From contig CP147778.1 in NCBI GenBank assembly GCA_037305845.1, forward strand, positions 2,144,001 through 2,208,000: 64,000 nucleotides of DNA, written 5' to 3'. The position numbers and the translations under genes are program-made. Positions 30,254 through 39,878 of this stretch are shown in pieces (positions within the stretch are counted from its first letter, which is position 1; every line of letters starts with the position of its first letter). Origin of the DNA: Candidatus Freyarchaeum deiterrae. GTDB lineage: Archaea > Asgardarchaeota > Jordiarchaeia > Jordiarchaeales > Jordiarchaeaceae. A model generated the notes under the pieces. That model was not told where the DNA came from. It searched no databases and was given only the letters and a program-made list of their open reading frames with translations.

Positions 30254-31647
30254 TCACACTATTTTACTCGTCTTCCAAGTGCCCAAGGCACGACCGAGCT
30301 CCTTGTGATCCTCAGCATACTTCTCCAACGGTATACCCTGCACAGAAGCGTCGATAGCCTGACGAAAAGAAGTAGCACCAGCACGAGGACCATCAGGATG
30401 CGCATGAATAGCGCCACCAACACCTACTATGAAATCCTTACCGAGATCCGCCATAATCTGAGGAACAATCTGAACAATGACACCACCAGCAGGCATAGGC
30501 AAAGTAGGCTTCAAATGATAGAACGGAAACGTCAACTCACGCCAAACCTGCAGATAAGTCTCCTTCATGAAAGGAGCTTTTCTGGAGGCTCGGGAACTAC
30601 TTGCACTCAATGTGCGAAATCAGTCTCCCGAATTCCTATTCCAAAGGGCGCTGGGTTAAAATTTTAACAGGGAAGTCCTGTTAAATATACTTCCATGTCA
30701 GCGCCGGCTAGTCTGCAGAATTTTCCTAGTATGAGTCTGGCGTCTACTCCGTATTCTGGTGATGCGTAGTGTACTGCTGCATAGTCTGTGTGTGCTAAAA
30801 CTGGTACTTTTATGCTGGGGTCTTCTGCTAGGTCTCTGAATGTTTCGTATCCTGTTGTGATGATGTTGACCATTAGTGCGTTTGCTCCTAGGTCTATGGC
30901 TTTTTCTGCTAGTTCTAGTGTTTTTTTGGGTCGGTCGGTTATGTTGACTGTGTAGAGTGTTTTTTCTCCTTTTTCTTCGTCTGCTTTGTCGATTGCTTCC
31001 ATGAATTTTACTACCCGGTCTTCTACTCGGTTTAGTTCCATGTCTGCTAGTAGTTCATCGTCTTTGATGAAGTCTACTCCGCCTGCTGCGACTTCGTATG
31101 CTAGGTCTGCTCCTATTTCGCAGGGTGAGTAGACGCAGGGTTTTATCATGTTGTTTAGTATGGGTCGGTCTTTTACTCCCAGTATCTCTCTTACTCCTTT
31201 TATTCCGAATTTTGGTCCTTTGAATCCGCTTACCCATTTTTTGGGGAATTGGAGGTCCAGTAGTTTTATTTTTCCGGCAGCGGAGAGGTTTCCGACTACT
31301 GTGCTCAGGAGTACGGGTAGGTTGGGGTAGCCGAGGTTGGTTATGGGGTACGCGATTTTTATTATCCAGTGTCTTTCTTCTGTTTTTGGTAGCTGCCATT
31401 GGTGTGGTGGGATTTCGAATACTGCTGTTACTCGGGCTGCGTGCAGTCTTCTGACTTCGGGTGTTTCTTTGGGTACGGGTGTCCAGGTTCCGGTGCTTTG
31501 TTCTAGGGCTGCTGCTACGCCCATTGTGTATCCGTCTAGCCATGAGGGCTGGGTTGTGTAGTATGTGGCTATTATGTTTTCTTCGGGGTCTATGCCTTCG
31601 GGTAGTGCTTCCATTGATGTTAATAATTCATAATCTTTTTCGCCCAA
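30254..31647 (-). CDS. RuBisCO-like protein (form IV), spliced from 3 exons: 31647-30687, 30656-30639, 30579-30254
   Basis: EQSTGTW, GPKFGI.G.R, MIKP, GGVDFIKDDELL and HAHPDG..AGA motifs. Removing the 30- and 59-nt inserts gives a continuous 434-aa ORF reading GADMEVYPAPFGKAPF. TTG start follows GGAGG. Confidence 0.88.
30580..30638 (-). other. Putative BHB mRNA intron (59 nt), RLP intron 2
   Basis: Central helix UUGG/CCAG, bulges AAU and AAA, long internal stem. Canonical cuts give GGA A|AA GCU (G-K-A). Confidence 0.85.
30657..30686 (-). other. Putative BHB mRNA intron (30 nt), RLP intron 1
   Basis: Central helix AAGU/AUUU, bulges AUA and UAA, perfect 9-bp inner stem, exon-exon stem GG/CC plus GGCGCUG/CAGCGCC. 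Cuts give GUA U|AC CCA (V-Y-P). Confidence 0.87.
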
Positions 31648-31825
31648 CTTTTTTCCTCCATTTTTAATCAAGTTTATTCGTGGTTGTAGAACTTTTAAAG
31701 TTTTGTTAAGCTCATTTTGTTGTGTGGTTTTGGTTTTCGAGGATTTTAGATAGTTTTTTAAAGGAATTTCGCGTTCTATCTATGAACAGATTCTTGCCGC
31801 TTGTGGTGGGTTAAGAACAGGAGGT

Positions 31826-32299
31826 TTGTTTTTGATTATCGAAGGTGTGACAAGAGACGTTATTAAAGAAATAGTTGATGCGATGGTGGTTGTCTTTAAT
31901 AACCGGGAACCAGAGTTTAAGGAAAAAATGAAGTCTGTTACTAAGGGTAAGCGTAAGGTTTACCGCTTTGACGTTACGGATATTGATCTCAAGTGTGACG
32001 TGGAGCTTACTCCCGAGGGAGATGTTGTGGTTCACTACGATAATTTGCAGAATGAGGAACCAGATTTGATGATTTCCTCGGAAACTGTGGTGTTTGATGG
32101 GGTCATGACTCAGAGGGTTTCTCCAGTGGCGGTCTTTTTGAAGCGGAAGGCTAAAGTGAAAGGTTCCATTAGGGAGTTGAATAAGTTCAGACCTATAATA
32201 CCTGAGATGAGCGTTTCTTACAAAAAGGCTAGGGCTCACATAGCGGAAAAGCACGGTTTACAAGAGGCTCTTAAGAAGCTGGACGAAACTAAAATTTAG
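31826..32299 (+). CDS. SCP2 sterol/lipid-binding domain protein
   Basis: EPDLMIS......F....SPVAVFLKRKAKVKGS pattern typical of SCP2. Confidence 0.65.
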   Translation: MFLIIEGVTRDVIKEIVDAMVVVFNNREPEFKEKMKSVTKGKRKVYRFDVTDIDLKCDVELTPEGDVVVHYDNLQNEEPDLMISSETVVFDGVMTQRVSPVAVFLKRKAKVKGSIRELNKFRPIIPEMSVSYKKARAHIAEKHGLQEALKKLDETKI

Positions 32300-32331
32300 C
32301 GAAAATTAAATCTAAATATCTTAGAAGAAGC

Positions 32332-33576
32332 TCAAAAGATTATTTGTAGAACTCTATCTATTTTTTGCAAGTTGGTTTCAGCGGTTCTTGCGTCTTTCAG
32401 GCTTAATTTGTTTTGTTCTCTTTGAGTGTTGAGTTTGGAGATGATTTGGAAGAGCTGGTCGAAAGAATCTTTTACATTTAAATCGTTGTTCATGTTCTTT
32501 TCAAAACTTGAGATTATCTCTTCGACAAGTTTTTCGGTTTCGTTATTTGATTCGGTTGTTTTTGTTTTCTGCAGGTTATTGACCATATTTTTTAGGGTGT
32601 CTAGTTTTTGGCTTGTTTTCTTGAATTTTTCGAAGGTAAAGTTCAACCTTTTTCTATAATTTCCGTAGATGAGGAAGAAGCGTAAGTGTTCTTTTCTGTA
32701 GCCCATTTTGATTAAATCGTTTGGGTAGTAGACGTTGCCTATGCTTTTGGACATTTTCTTTCCATCTACGTAAAGGTGTGCGCCGTGTAGCCAGTAGTTT
32801 GAGAATTCTTTTCCTGAAACTGCTTCCATAATTGCGATGTTATAGTCGTGGTGTCTCACTAGGTTATCTATTCCTCCGCATGCTACGTCTATGGTGGAGC
32901 CTAGGTGTTTGGTTACCATGGCGGCGTCTTGAATGTTCCAAGCGGGTGCACCTCTGCCGATCTCCGTGTCCCAGTAGACTTGGTCTCCTTCTTTATAGCC
33001 ACGCCATAATATGAAATCGCCCTTGTTCCAGGGTGTGCCGGGATAATTGTCCTTATGAAAGCGGCGTTTCTTTTTCGGCCATTTGCTCGTGTCTATCTTG
33101 GAGAGTTTGCCGAATCCTTGGAATTTTAAGGGTTCAAAATACACGTTGCTAACACCTTGATGTTTATACCAGTAAGCGTAGCCTTTTTCAAGAAGAATTT
33201 TGATTATTTTTACGGCTTGGTCAACGGTTGTTGATGAACGAGGATTATATGTTGCTGGTTCAATCCTTAAAAGTTCAGCATCTGCGAAAAAAATGTCTGC
33301 GTTTCTCTGTGTCAATTCTTCTAAGGAAACCTTTTCATTTTCGGCTTCGGTTATTGCCTTGTCTTCAACATCGGTGAAGGTGATTAATCTAGTCACGTAA
33401 TAACCCAGGTATTCTAGGTAGCGCTGAAGCATGTCCTCGAAAAGAAGTGTGCGATAATTTCCAATGTGGGGCTGCCTATATATTGAGGGCCCACACGTAT
33501 ACATTTTGACCTTCTTATCCTCACGTGGCTTGAAAGGTTCAATTTTTCCCGTTAACGTGTTAAATACTTCGAGCAA
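32332..33576 (-). CDS. Cysteinyl-tRNA synthetase-like protein (divergent, short)
   Basis: MYTCGP, HIGN and KMSKS motifs; second-half zinc ligands altered; no full anticodon-binding C-terminus (414 aa). Confidence 0.8.
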   Translation of the reverse strand: MLEVFNTLTGKIEPFKPREDKKVKMYTCGPSIYRQPHIGNYRTLLFEDMLQRYLEYLGYYVTRLITFTDVEDKAITEAENEKVSLEELTQRNADIFFADAELLRIEPATYNPRSSTTVDQAVKIIKILLEKGYAYWYKHQGVSNVYFEPLKFQGFGKLSKIDTSKWPKKKRRFHKDNYPGTPWNKGDFILWRGYKEGDQVYWDTEIGRGAPAWNIQDAAMVTKHLGSTIDVACGGIDNLVRHHDYNIAIMEAVSGKEFSNYWLHGAHLYVDGKKMSKSIGNVYYPNDLIKMGYRKEHLRFFLIYGNYRKRLNFTFEKFKKTSQKLDTLKNMVNNLQKTKTTESNNETEKLVEEIISSFEKNMNNDLNVKDSFDQLFQIISKLNTQREQNKLSLKDARTAETNLQKIDRVLQIIF

Positions 33577-33646
33577 GATTCCCTTCCTTCTACCTTGAGA
33601 AATCTTCTACCAAGATATTCTAACTTTATTCATATACAAAGAGTTC

Positions 33647-35728
33647 TTGACTATTCAAAAGGTTAAAAAGGGAATAAGAACTTTATTGTTTTTCTCAAAT
33701 GTTGTTTATAATTTCTCAAGGGGTTATGTGATGCGGTTATTTTTCCTAAGTTTGTTTCGCAGCTTTTATCGAATCCCCTGTAAGTATCCTATTGGATTTC
33801 CGATTATTGCAGTGGAGGGTGTTTTTCTATACTTATTCTTTAATGGGTTAACTTTTCTGGATAGGAATATAATAGTTCCTCTTTTTCCTTTTTGGTTTTT
33901 CTTCTTTCTAACCTTGGTCATTGATATTGGATTGTATTCCCTTGCTATTCCTAAGAATTCAATTATGTTTCCAGAACTTGGAAGGAAAAACAGGATTTAC
34001 GTGTTTTCTTGTGCTACCGCTGTCACTTTGTTGTTATTGATGGTTTTGGTTTATCCTTTAGTGTGGAGTTTAGCGAATTATCTTGTAGTAGTAAAGTCCG
34101 TAGGAAACCAACTTTTTTCATCCTATGTTTCCTCTTCCCCCGGGATTCTTCAAGACCCCTTTAGACTTTTTAGCGTGTACCAGGGACTAAACGGATTAGT
34201 CTCAAATTCTACGGGGCTTGTCACGGGTTTCACAGAGGTTGTGAATAGACTTTTCTTGGTTGTCGGTCTGCGGTACTTCTATTTGCTGGCAGCTACCGAG
34301 AGGTCGAGCCGAGTTAGATTTCTGAGAATTCCAATAGCGGTCGCTCCTGCCATTTACCTGGTAGAGGTGTTCAAGTTAGCGGGTTCTCCATTTACTTACA
34401 TTATATCGGCTACGATTTACTGTGTGCTGATACCTATACTTATCTTTGAGGCAATAGCTTTGGGAACATCGGCAACTTTTCGTCTTGGTGAAAAGAAAAT
34501 TTGGGTGAGCCAATTTGACATTATTCACAAATTAATAACTTGGGATATTTTGAAGGATTCTCCCCAAGCGGACAGTTTAAGCCTCACAGAGTTCAGCCAA
34601 AAGGTTCGCATCTGGACTGGTGTAGCTGCTTTTAAAGATGATGAGAAGGGAGATTCCTCCCTAATTATCGTTCCTTCGCTTCACCCCGGGCCTTTGCTTT
34701 CTTTTTGTGGTTCCCTACTGTCGTACAAAATTTCTGAAAATTTGAAAGACGATTACAGCATGGTAATGGTTCCTCATTCTCCCAGCACACATGATTTCAA
34801 CCCCAGGTCGGCTTCTGAAATATCCACAGTTGTGAACTCTGTGCGTGGACTCCCTGAAAATGGAAAAATCGAGTTCTACGAGTTCGCCTCACCCCTCTTA
34901 GTTGAGGAAGGTGGTAAAAATGGGGACAAGTTTAGAGTTTTCTGTCAGGCTTTCGGTTCCGGCAGAAACCAAAAGGTTCTAATCTTTTGCGACCTTTCGA
35001 ACGAAAATAATGGCGATATATCTTATGGTGTTGGAAAATATCTTATTGAAGCTGCAAAAAGTGAAGGAGCGAAAGACGCTATAATTGTCGATAAGCATTT
35101 TAACCCTCATAAGAATGAACGCCCACTTTACATGGAAGACCCTCTCGCAGAAGAACTAAAAGAACTGGTGAAAAGAGCTGTTAAAAACGCATTGAAGGCT
35201 GAAAAGGGTAGGATATTCTTTGCTGGAGCCAAAATGACCAGGCAGGAGATAAAAGAGGAGAACAAGAAACTCGCCAAGGAGATTGGTAGAGACGGAATAA
35301 CCTTGTACGTTCTAAAACTAGAAAATCGGGATGAACAATCCGCCTATATTCTCATAGACGCAAATACTGTAGATCCCGAATTAGGAAGAAAAATTCTGAA
35401 GCTTTTCCTTAATAGGGGATTCAAGGAGAATAATATCATCATTATGACCAGTGACACCCACCAAGACCTACTTTTTCTCAATCCGTTCGGCTCTAAAGAG
35501 AATATTCATGAACCAGTCATCACCACGCTGAAAAAGCTTCTAAAACAAGTACCGAAGCCCCGAAAAGCCACCGTATCAATAAATAGAATAATGAGTGATG
35601 CGAATGTGTGGGGCTTATTAAACGGCGAACGCTTCTTTACACTTCTCCTAAGGGCATTCCCAAAAGCGACGGCAGCTTTACTAATCTACTGGATGGTGGC
35701 TTTCATATTATCAATACTCACGCTTTAA
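33647..35728 (+). CDS. DUF2070-like membrane protein
   Basis: N-terminal TM bundle plus LHPGP, H...THDFNP, D.H.N, DAN and TSDTH motifs. True start may be ~33728. Confidence 0.7.
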   Translation: MTIQKVKKGIRTLLFFSNVVYNFSRGYVMRLFFLSLFRSFYRIPCKYPIGFPIIAVEGVFLYLFFNGLTFLDRNIIVPLFPFWFFFFLTLVIDIGLYSLAIPKNSIMFPELGRKNRIYVFSCATAVTLLLLMVLVYPLVWSLANYLVVVKSVGNQLFSSYVSSSPGILQDPFRLFSVYQGLNGLVSNSTGLVTGFTEVVNRLFLVVGLRYFYLLAATERSSRVRFLRIPIAVAPAIYLVEVFKLAGSPFTYIISATIYCVLIPILIFEAIALGTSATFRLGEKKIWVSQFDIIHKLITWDILKDSPQADSLSLTEFSQKVRIWTGVAAFKDDEKGDSSLIIVPSLHPGPLLSFCGSLLSYKISENLKDDYSMVMVPHSPSTHDFNPRSASEISTVVNSVRGLPENGKIEFYEFASPLLVEEGGKNGDKFRVFCQAFGSGRNQKVLIFCDLSNENNGDISYGVGKYLIEAAKSEGAKDAIIVDKHFNPHKNERPLYMEDPLAEELKELVKRAVKNALKAEKGRIFFAGAKMTRQEIKEENKKLAKEIGRDGITLYVLKLENRDEQSAYILIDANTVDPELGRKILKLFLNRGFKENNIIIMTSDTHQDLLFLNPFGSKENIHEPVITTLKKLLKQVPKPRKATVSINRIMSDANVWGLLNGERFFTLLLRAFPKATAALLIYWMVAFILSILTL

Positions 35729-35918
35729 AATTGGTTGCATACTCAAATCCAAATTAGAAAAATAATTACCACAAAAAGAAAAAATACATACTGATTCATT
35801 GCTTTTCTTCAGAGTGAAAATGCATAAATTACTAAATTACAAGTTTTTATAATAAAAAAAAAGATAGGGAATCTGAGCTAACAGAGGATCTGTTAGTCGT
35901 TCTTTCTTTCTGGGTGCT

Positions 35919-36170
35919 TCATCTGCTCAGCCGAATCCTTATGCGACCATACGCGAAGATGGCGAATCCTCCGACCCAAACCACAGCCAATCCTATGAGC
36001 GACGTGAAGAGTATAGGCAGTGTGGATACCCCGTTAAGCCCGGTTCCAATCACCATCGAGAGACCCAGACCCACCACGAAAGCGATGACTGTCACTACCA
36101 TTAGTATCCAGCCCCAAAGGCTGAGCCGTTCAAACAACGCGGTATTAACCATATCAATCAAGACCTCCAA
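35919..36170 (-). CDS. Small 2-TM membrane protein
   Basis: Two hydrophobic helices; directly downstream of the surface-protein gene. Confidence 0.6.
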   Translation of the reverse strand: MEVLIDMVNTALFERLSLWGWILMVVTVIAFVVGLGLSMVIGTGLNGVSTLPILFTSLIGLAVVWVGGFAIFAYGRIRIRLSR

Positions 36171-36180
36171 GCCTCATTTC

Positions 36181-38157
36181 TCACTCACTTTCCGTATTCT
36201 CTTCACTCTTGGACCCACCGGAAGACCTACTGAACGCCTTTCTCAGGCGTGCAAACCGTTCCCTAAGCATAATCAGCATTACCCCAGGAATCTGAACCAG
36301 CATCCGCCTATCTTGGTATCCTATGTAGATGCCTCTCGCTACTACGAAGATTGTGCCAATGGCCATTATACCCAAAGCTACCAGCCCCAATGGACTATAC
36401 TGTATGGATATGTTCGAGATAGGTAACCCCATTAGTGAACCGCTGGGAATCTGAAGAATCGTCGATGACGAAATCATGGGAGTATTGCTAGTGGAAACTA
36501 ATCCCGTTAGACCAACAACACCGTTAATCGCCAACCCGCTAGATGAAATCGTCACAGAGCCTATTACGTTGTTGACTCCGCTGATCAATGTTTGACCGGA
36601 CAATATAATGTTTCCCATAGTAGTCAGGATACCATTAATCGTACCAAGACTTCCCATACTAGTAACACCAATTGTCGTCATGGCACCCGTGATACTCAGG
36701 GGTATCATTAACTGGAATGTGCCGCTCATAGTCACCAAGCCAGAATTTACCACAGTACCCGACAAAGTAAGGTCACCATTGATAACCGTTGGGCTACCAC
36801 TGGTTATCGATCCGTTGTTCATTATCATGCTGCCATCTGTCTGCAAGTAACCATCGGATATGCCAATGGTAACGTTTCCCGTTCCCCTCATCGTGCCGCC
36901 GTTGATATTAAGAGGAGACGCATAAATATCGATAGGTGCCTTCATAAGGCTCTGTCCACTGAGCGCAAAAGAGCCCGTAATAGTCATTGCGCCTGTAAAG
37001 TCTAATTTGCCGTTGATTATCTGTTGCTGAGGTACAAGGGTGATTCCTGCCATGGACAAATTACCGTTTGTAATGTATGTGGAACCCAGTCCCGTGATGA
37101 CTTGAATCGGAGTCACCGCGTCCATCTCCGCTCTTGTAAATTTTTGCGCACCGGGTGTTATTACGATACCGGCCTGTGAGGAGGTGTTAAGGAACGTGTA
37201 GTTAACAAGTCCATTGGCTACCATGTGGATATGGGTGTCTGTCACACTGATATAACCGCTGCTTATTGCGAAAAAGCTACTCGGACCAGTCGGGTCACCC
37301 CATGCTTGGAAAGTAGTGCTTTGATTCCACCACAGGGCGTTAGAAGGCAACGTAGTTCCACCAGGTTGTACAAGACCGCCAGCGCCGTTATCGATCAATA
37401 TTTGAGACGCATTGGCAATGCCACTATAATTTTCTAAACTGACAGTAAGACCTAAAATGGTACAATTTGTGCTGTTGATTGTCATAAGTGGAGTTGAGGG
37501 AAATGTTCCAATGTAAACCGTTCCTTGTAATACTTTTATGGCGGTATTGGTATTTACGGGTAGAGTTGAATTGGTGCCGATGGATCCAATATATCCTACC
37601 CCCTGAGATTCGATTGTTTGGTTGAAATTAGTAACGTTCATGTACATTCCATTGGCTGTTGTTGGATCTCCGACTAGTATGTTTCCATAAAGGTCTACTG
37701 TTGAGGGGTTTCCGCTCATGAGTATTGAGCCGTTTTGGTTGCTGGGCTTGCCTATTTCTATTTTATCTGCGGTTATATTCATTGCTCCCAGCTGAATTAG
37801 TGGGGAGCCGAGAGTTACCTGTTGAGCGTTGGTGAGGTTCAGGTTTCCGTTCAGTAAGGTGCTACCGTTTGTAGTTAAATTTCCATTTATTGACATGCCG
37901 CCGCTGGAACCAGCTAGGGTTGATACAGTGTTTGCGTTGAGGGAGAAGCCGGTTGGGTTATTGGTTGAGGATGGCATAGCGGTTACATGGCTTGGCGCTA
38001 GGGTTGTGGCTAGGATGCCTGTTAAGAGTAGGATTGCTGGGATGAGCAGTAGGATGTATTTGGTTTTGCCTTTGAAGAGTCTAGTTTTTCCCTTGTAGTG
38101 TGCTGAGTTGTTTTTGCTGCTCACTTTCATACTCTCTCCTTCTCCGTTTTGTGTCAA
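36181..38157 (-). CDS. Secreted, membrane-anchored G/T/S/N-rich surface glycoprotein
   Basis: Signal peptide, beta-strand quasi-repeats, many N-x-S/T sequons, and a C-terminal TM with basic tail. Confidence 0.75.
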   Translation of the reverse strand: MTQNGEGESMKVSSKNNSAHYKGKTRLFKGKTKYILLLIPAILLLTGILATTLAPSHVTAMPSSTNNPTGFSLNANTVSTLAGSSGGMSINGNLTTNGSTLLNGNLNLTNAQQVTLGSPLIQLGAMNITADKIEIGKPSNQNGSILMSGNPSTVDLYGNILVGDPTTANGMYMNVTNFNQTIESQGVGYIGSIGTNSTLPVNTNTAIKVLQGTVYIGTFPSTPLMTINSTNCTILGLTVSLENYSGIANASQILIDNGAGGLVQPGGTTLPSNALWWNQSTTFQAWGDPTGPSSFFAISSGYISVTDTHIHMVANGLVNYTFLNTSSQAGIVITPGAQKFTRAEMDAVTPIQVITGLGSTYITNGNLSMAGITLVPQQQIINGKLDFTGAMTITGSFALSGQSLMKAPIDIYASPLNINGGTMRGTGNVTIGISDGYLQTDGSMIMNNGSITSGSPTVINGDLTLSGTVVNSGLVTMSGTFQLMIPLSITGAMTTIGVTSMGSLGTINGILTTMGNIILSGQTLISGVNNVIGSVTISSSGLAINGVVGLTGLVSTSNTPMISSSTILQIPSGSLMGLPISNISIQYSPLGLVALGIMAIGTIFVVARGIYIGYQDRRMLVQIPGVMLIMLRERFARLRKAFSRSSGGSKSEENTESE

Positions 38158-38625
38158 CTTCTGTTTATTTTGTATTTAAATTTATTGTAAAAATGCCTTA
38201 TCTTTATGTCATTTTTAAAACTGAATTAATTAATTAATACTAAAAATTGGGGTATTTATATTTTATCAAAAATTGGTTTAAAAAATTATGAATTTTTAAA
38301 AATAAGTATGATTTATGAATTTAGTAATTACTCAAAGGCATAAACACTCATCGTGGTTACGGGTTGGAGACGCCACGCTTTTGTTTTTATCCAACTTATT
38401 CACGGATTCCTGTTTACTTCTCATGCTTTTAATCTAGTTTAAACATTTTTGAGTGAAAAAGAAAAGCATCAGAATGCGGAGAGAACAAGGTCGCTTTATC
38501 ACTACGATAAGTCAGTTTGTTTGGAGTTGAGTTATGCCTATGAAACTGAAATAGATAGAAGCTAATAAATCTAGTAAAAGGGTATTTGTTTTGATTTTTC
38601 TTTTGTTTCTGTTTGGTTTGCGTTG

Positions 38626-39141
38626 TCAGGGTTCTTTTTTGGTTTTCTTTGGTATAATTATTTTTGCGCCTTTGTCGCCTACTGCTTCTGTTTTTCCGTC
38701 GAGGAACATTGCTGCTGTTATGCAGCACGCTGTTGCATCTAGTTCGTGTTTGCTTTGGGGTTTGTGTTCGAATCTTACGAATCTTTCTAATTGGTTCTCG
38801 TTTACTTCCATTATTTTGTAGAAGGCGTGTGGAAAAACTTCAATTACGTTGCCTAGTTTTGTTTTCAGTTTTATTGCTCTCCAGGTTAGCTCTTTTATGA
38901 AATTCGGTGGGAAGGCTTGTATTCCTCTGCGGATAAGTTCTCTTTCCGCTTCTCTGTATCCTTCGCTGTAGGTTAGGGGTGCGTCCATGGCTATTAGCTC
39001 GGGGTAGGCGCGGATGGTGCTGTTAATTATTTGTATGTCTGTGTAAACTATGGTGGTTACTACATATCCGTCATCGTAGAGTGCGACTCCTGTGGGATTT
39101 GTTTCCTTTGAAGCTAGGTCTAATCCCACTACAACTACCAA
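38626..39141 (-). CDS. DUF429 family RNase H-like protein
   Basis: VGLDLA....TGVA, AMDAPL, REAEREL, IEVFPHA and HELDA motifs. Confidence 0.8.
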   Translation of the reverse strand: MVVVVGLDLASKETNPTGVALYDDGYVVTTIVYTDIQIINSTIRAYPELIAMDAPLTYSEGYREAERELIRRGIQAFPPNFIKELTWRAIKLKTKLGNVIEVFPHAFYKIMEVNENQLERFVRFEHKPQSKHELDATACCITAAMFLDGKTEAVGDKGAKIIIPKKTKKEP

Positions 39142-39285
39142 TTTTTAAACCTCTTTTTGGAACAATTATTCATATTGTTTAAAAAATACGCCCTTTATAG
39201 GTTATTTCTCCTAAATCAATAGATAAATATATGGCTTTTGTGTGATAATTTAATGATGATTTTAGCGAGTTTTGGGTGTTAGCTG

Positions 39286-39711
39286 TTGACTGTCTACGAA
39301 ATCGGAATCATGAGGGATGGAGTGTTGCTAGTTCTGCGGGAGTACCGTACCACTTCCACTGTGGATAAGGATTTGAAGAGTGCACTTTTCTCCGCCCTTG
39401 AGACCGCGTCTCAGAGTACTTTTGGAGACAGTTTGGATTTTATACAGCTGAAGACCATGGGCATTATATATTCCAAATCTCCTGATGATGAGGGAAAATT
39501 TGTTGTTTACGCTATTTGTGATCGTAACACAGATTTTAAATTTGTAAGGGGCATTCTGTCAAAAATACTCGAACAATTTTTAAAGGATTACTCGGATAAC
39601 CTTGACTCTCCGAAGAGAGCGGATTACACGAAATTTAGAGAAAAAATAGATGTGTTCCTTAAAGATCTCTCTGAGAGTCCAGAGGAACGAGCAAAATCGC
39701 TATTCCGTTAA
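39286..39711 (+). CDS. Longin-like small protein (Asgard eukaryotic-signature type)
   Basis: VYEIGIMRDGVLLV..Y...DKDLKSALFSAL..FG..LDFI pattern. Confidence 0.65.
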   Translation: MTVYEIGIMRDGVLLVLREYRTTSTVDKDLKSALFSALETASQSTFGDSLDFIQLKTMGIIYSKSPDDEGKFVVYAICDRNTDFKFVRGILSKILEQFLKDYSDNLDSPKRADYTKFREKIDVFLKDLSESPEERAKSLFR

Positions 39712-39878
39712 TTAAACAATAATTTTTGTTTTTGCGTGTAACTTCCTTTCTGGGCTCTTTCCTTTTTATCCATTGAATTATACTAATAAAGCGAAAAATA
39801 TTTATCTAATAAGAGCGTTATGATAAGAGACGCACTAATCAAAATTATTTTAAAAATAAATAGGTGCGGTGGGATTAA

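Noticed and set aside
30580-30686. Inserts as inteins, group I/II introns or MITEs
   Set aside because: They are far too short, contain stops or frameshifts, and show no ribozyme core or clear target-site duplication.
30254-31647. Bona fide carboxylating RuBisCO (form III)
   Set aside because: The Lys177-equivalent is absent (MIKPCV), the motif is KDDELL, and it has PAGG rather than SGG, all consistent with form IV.
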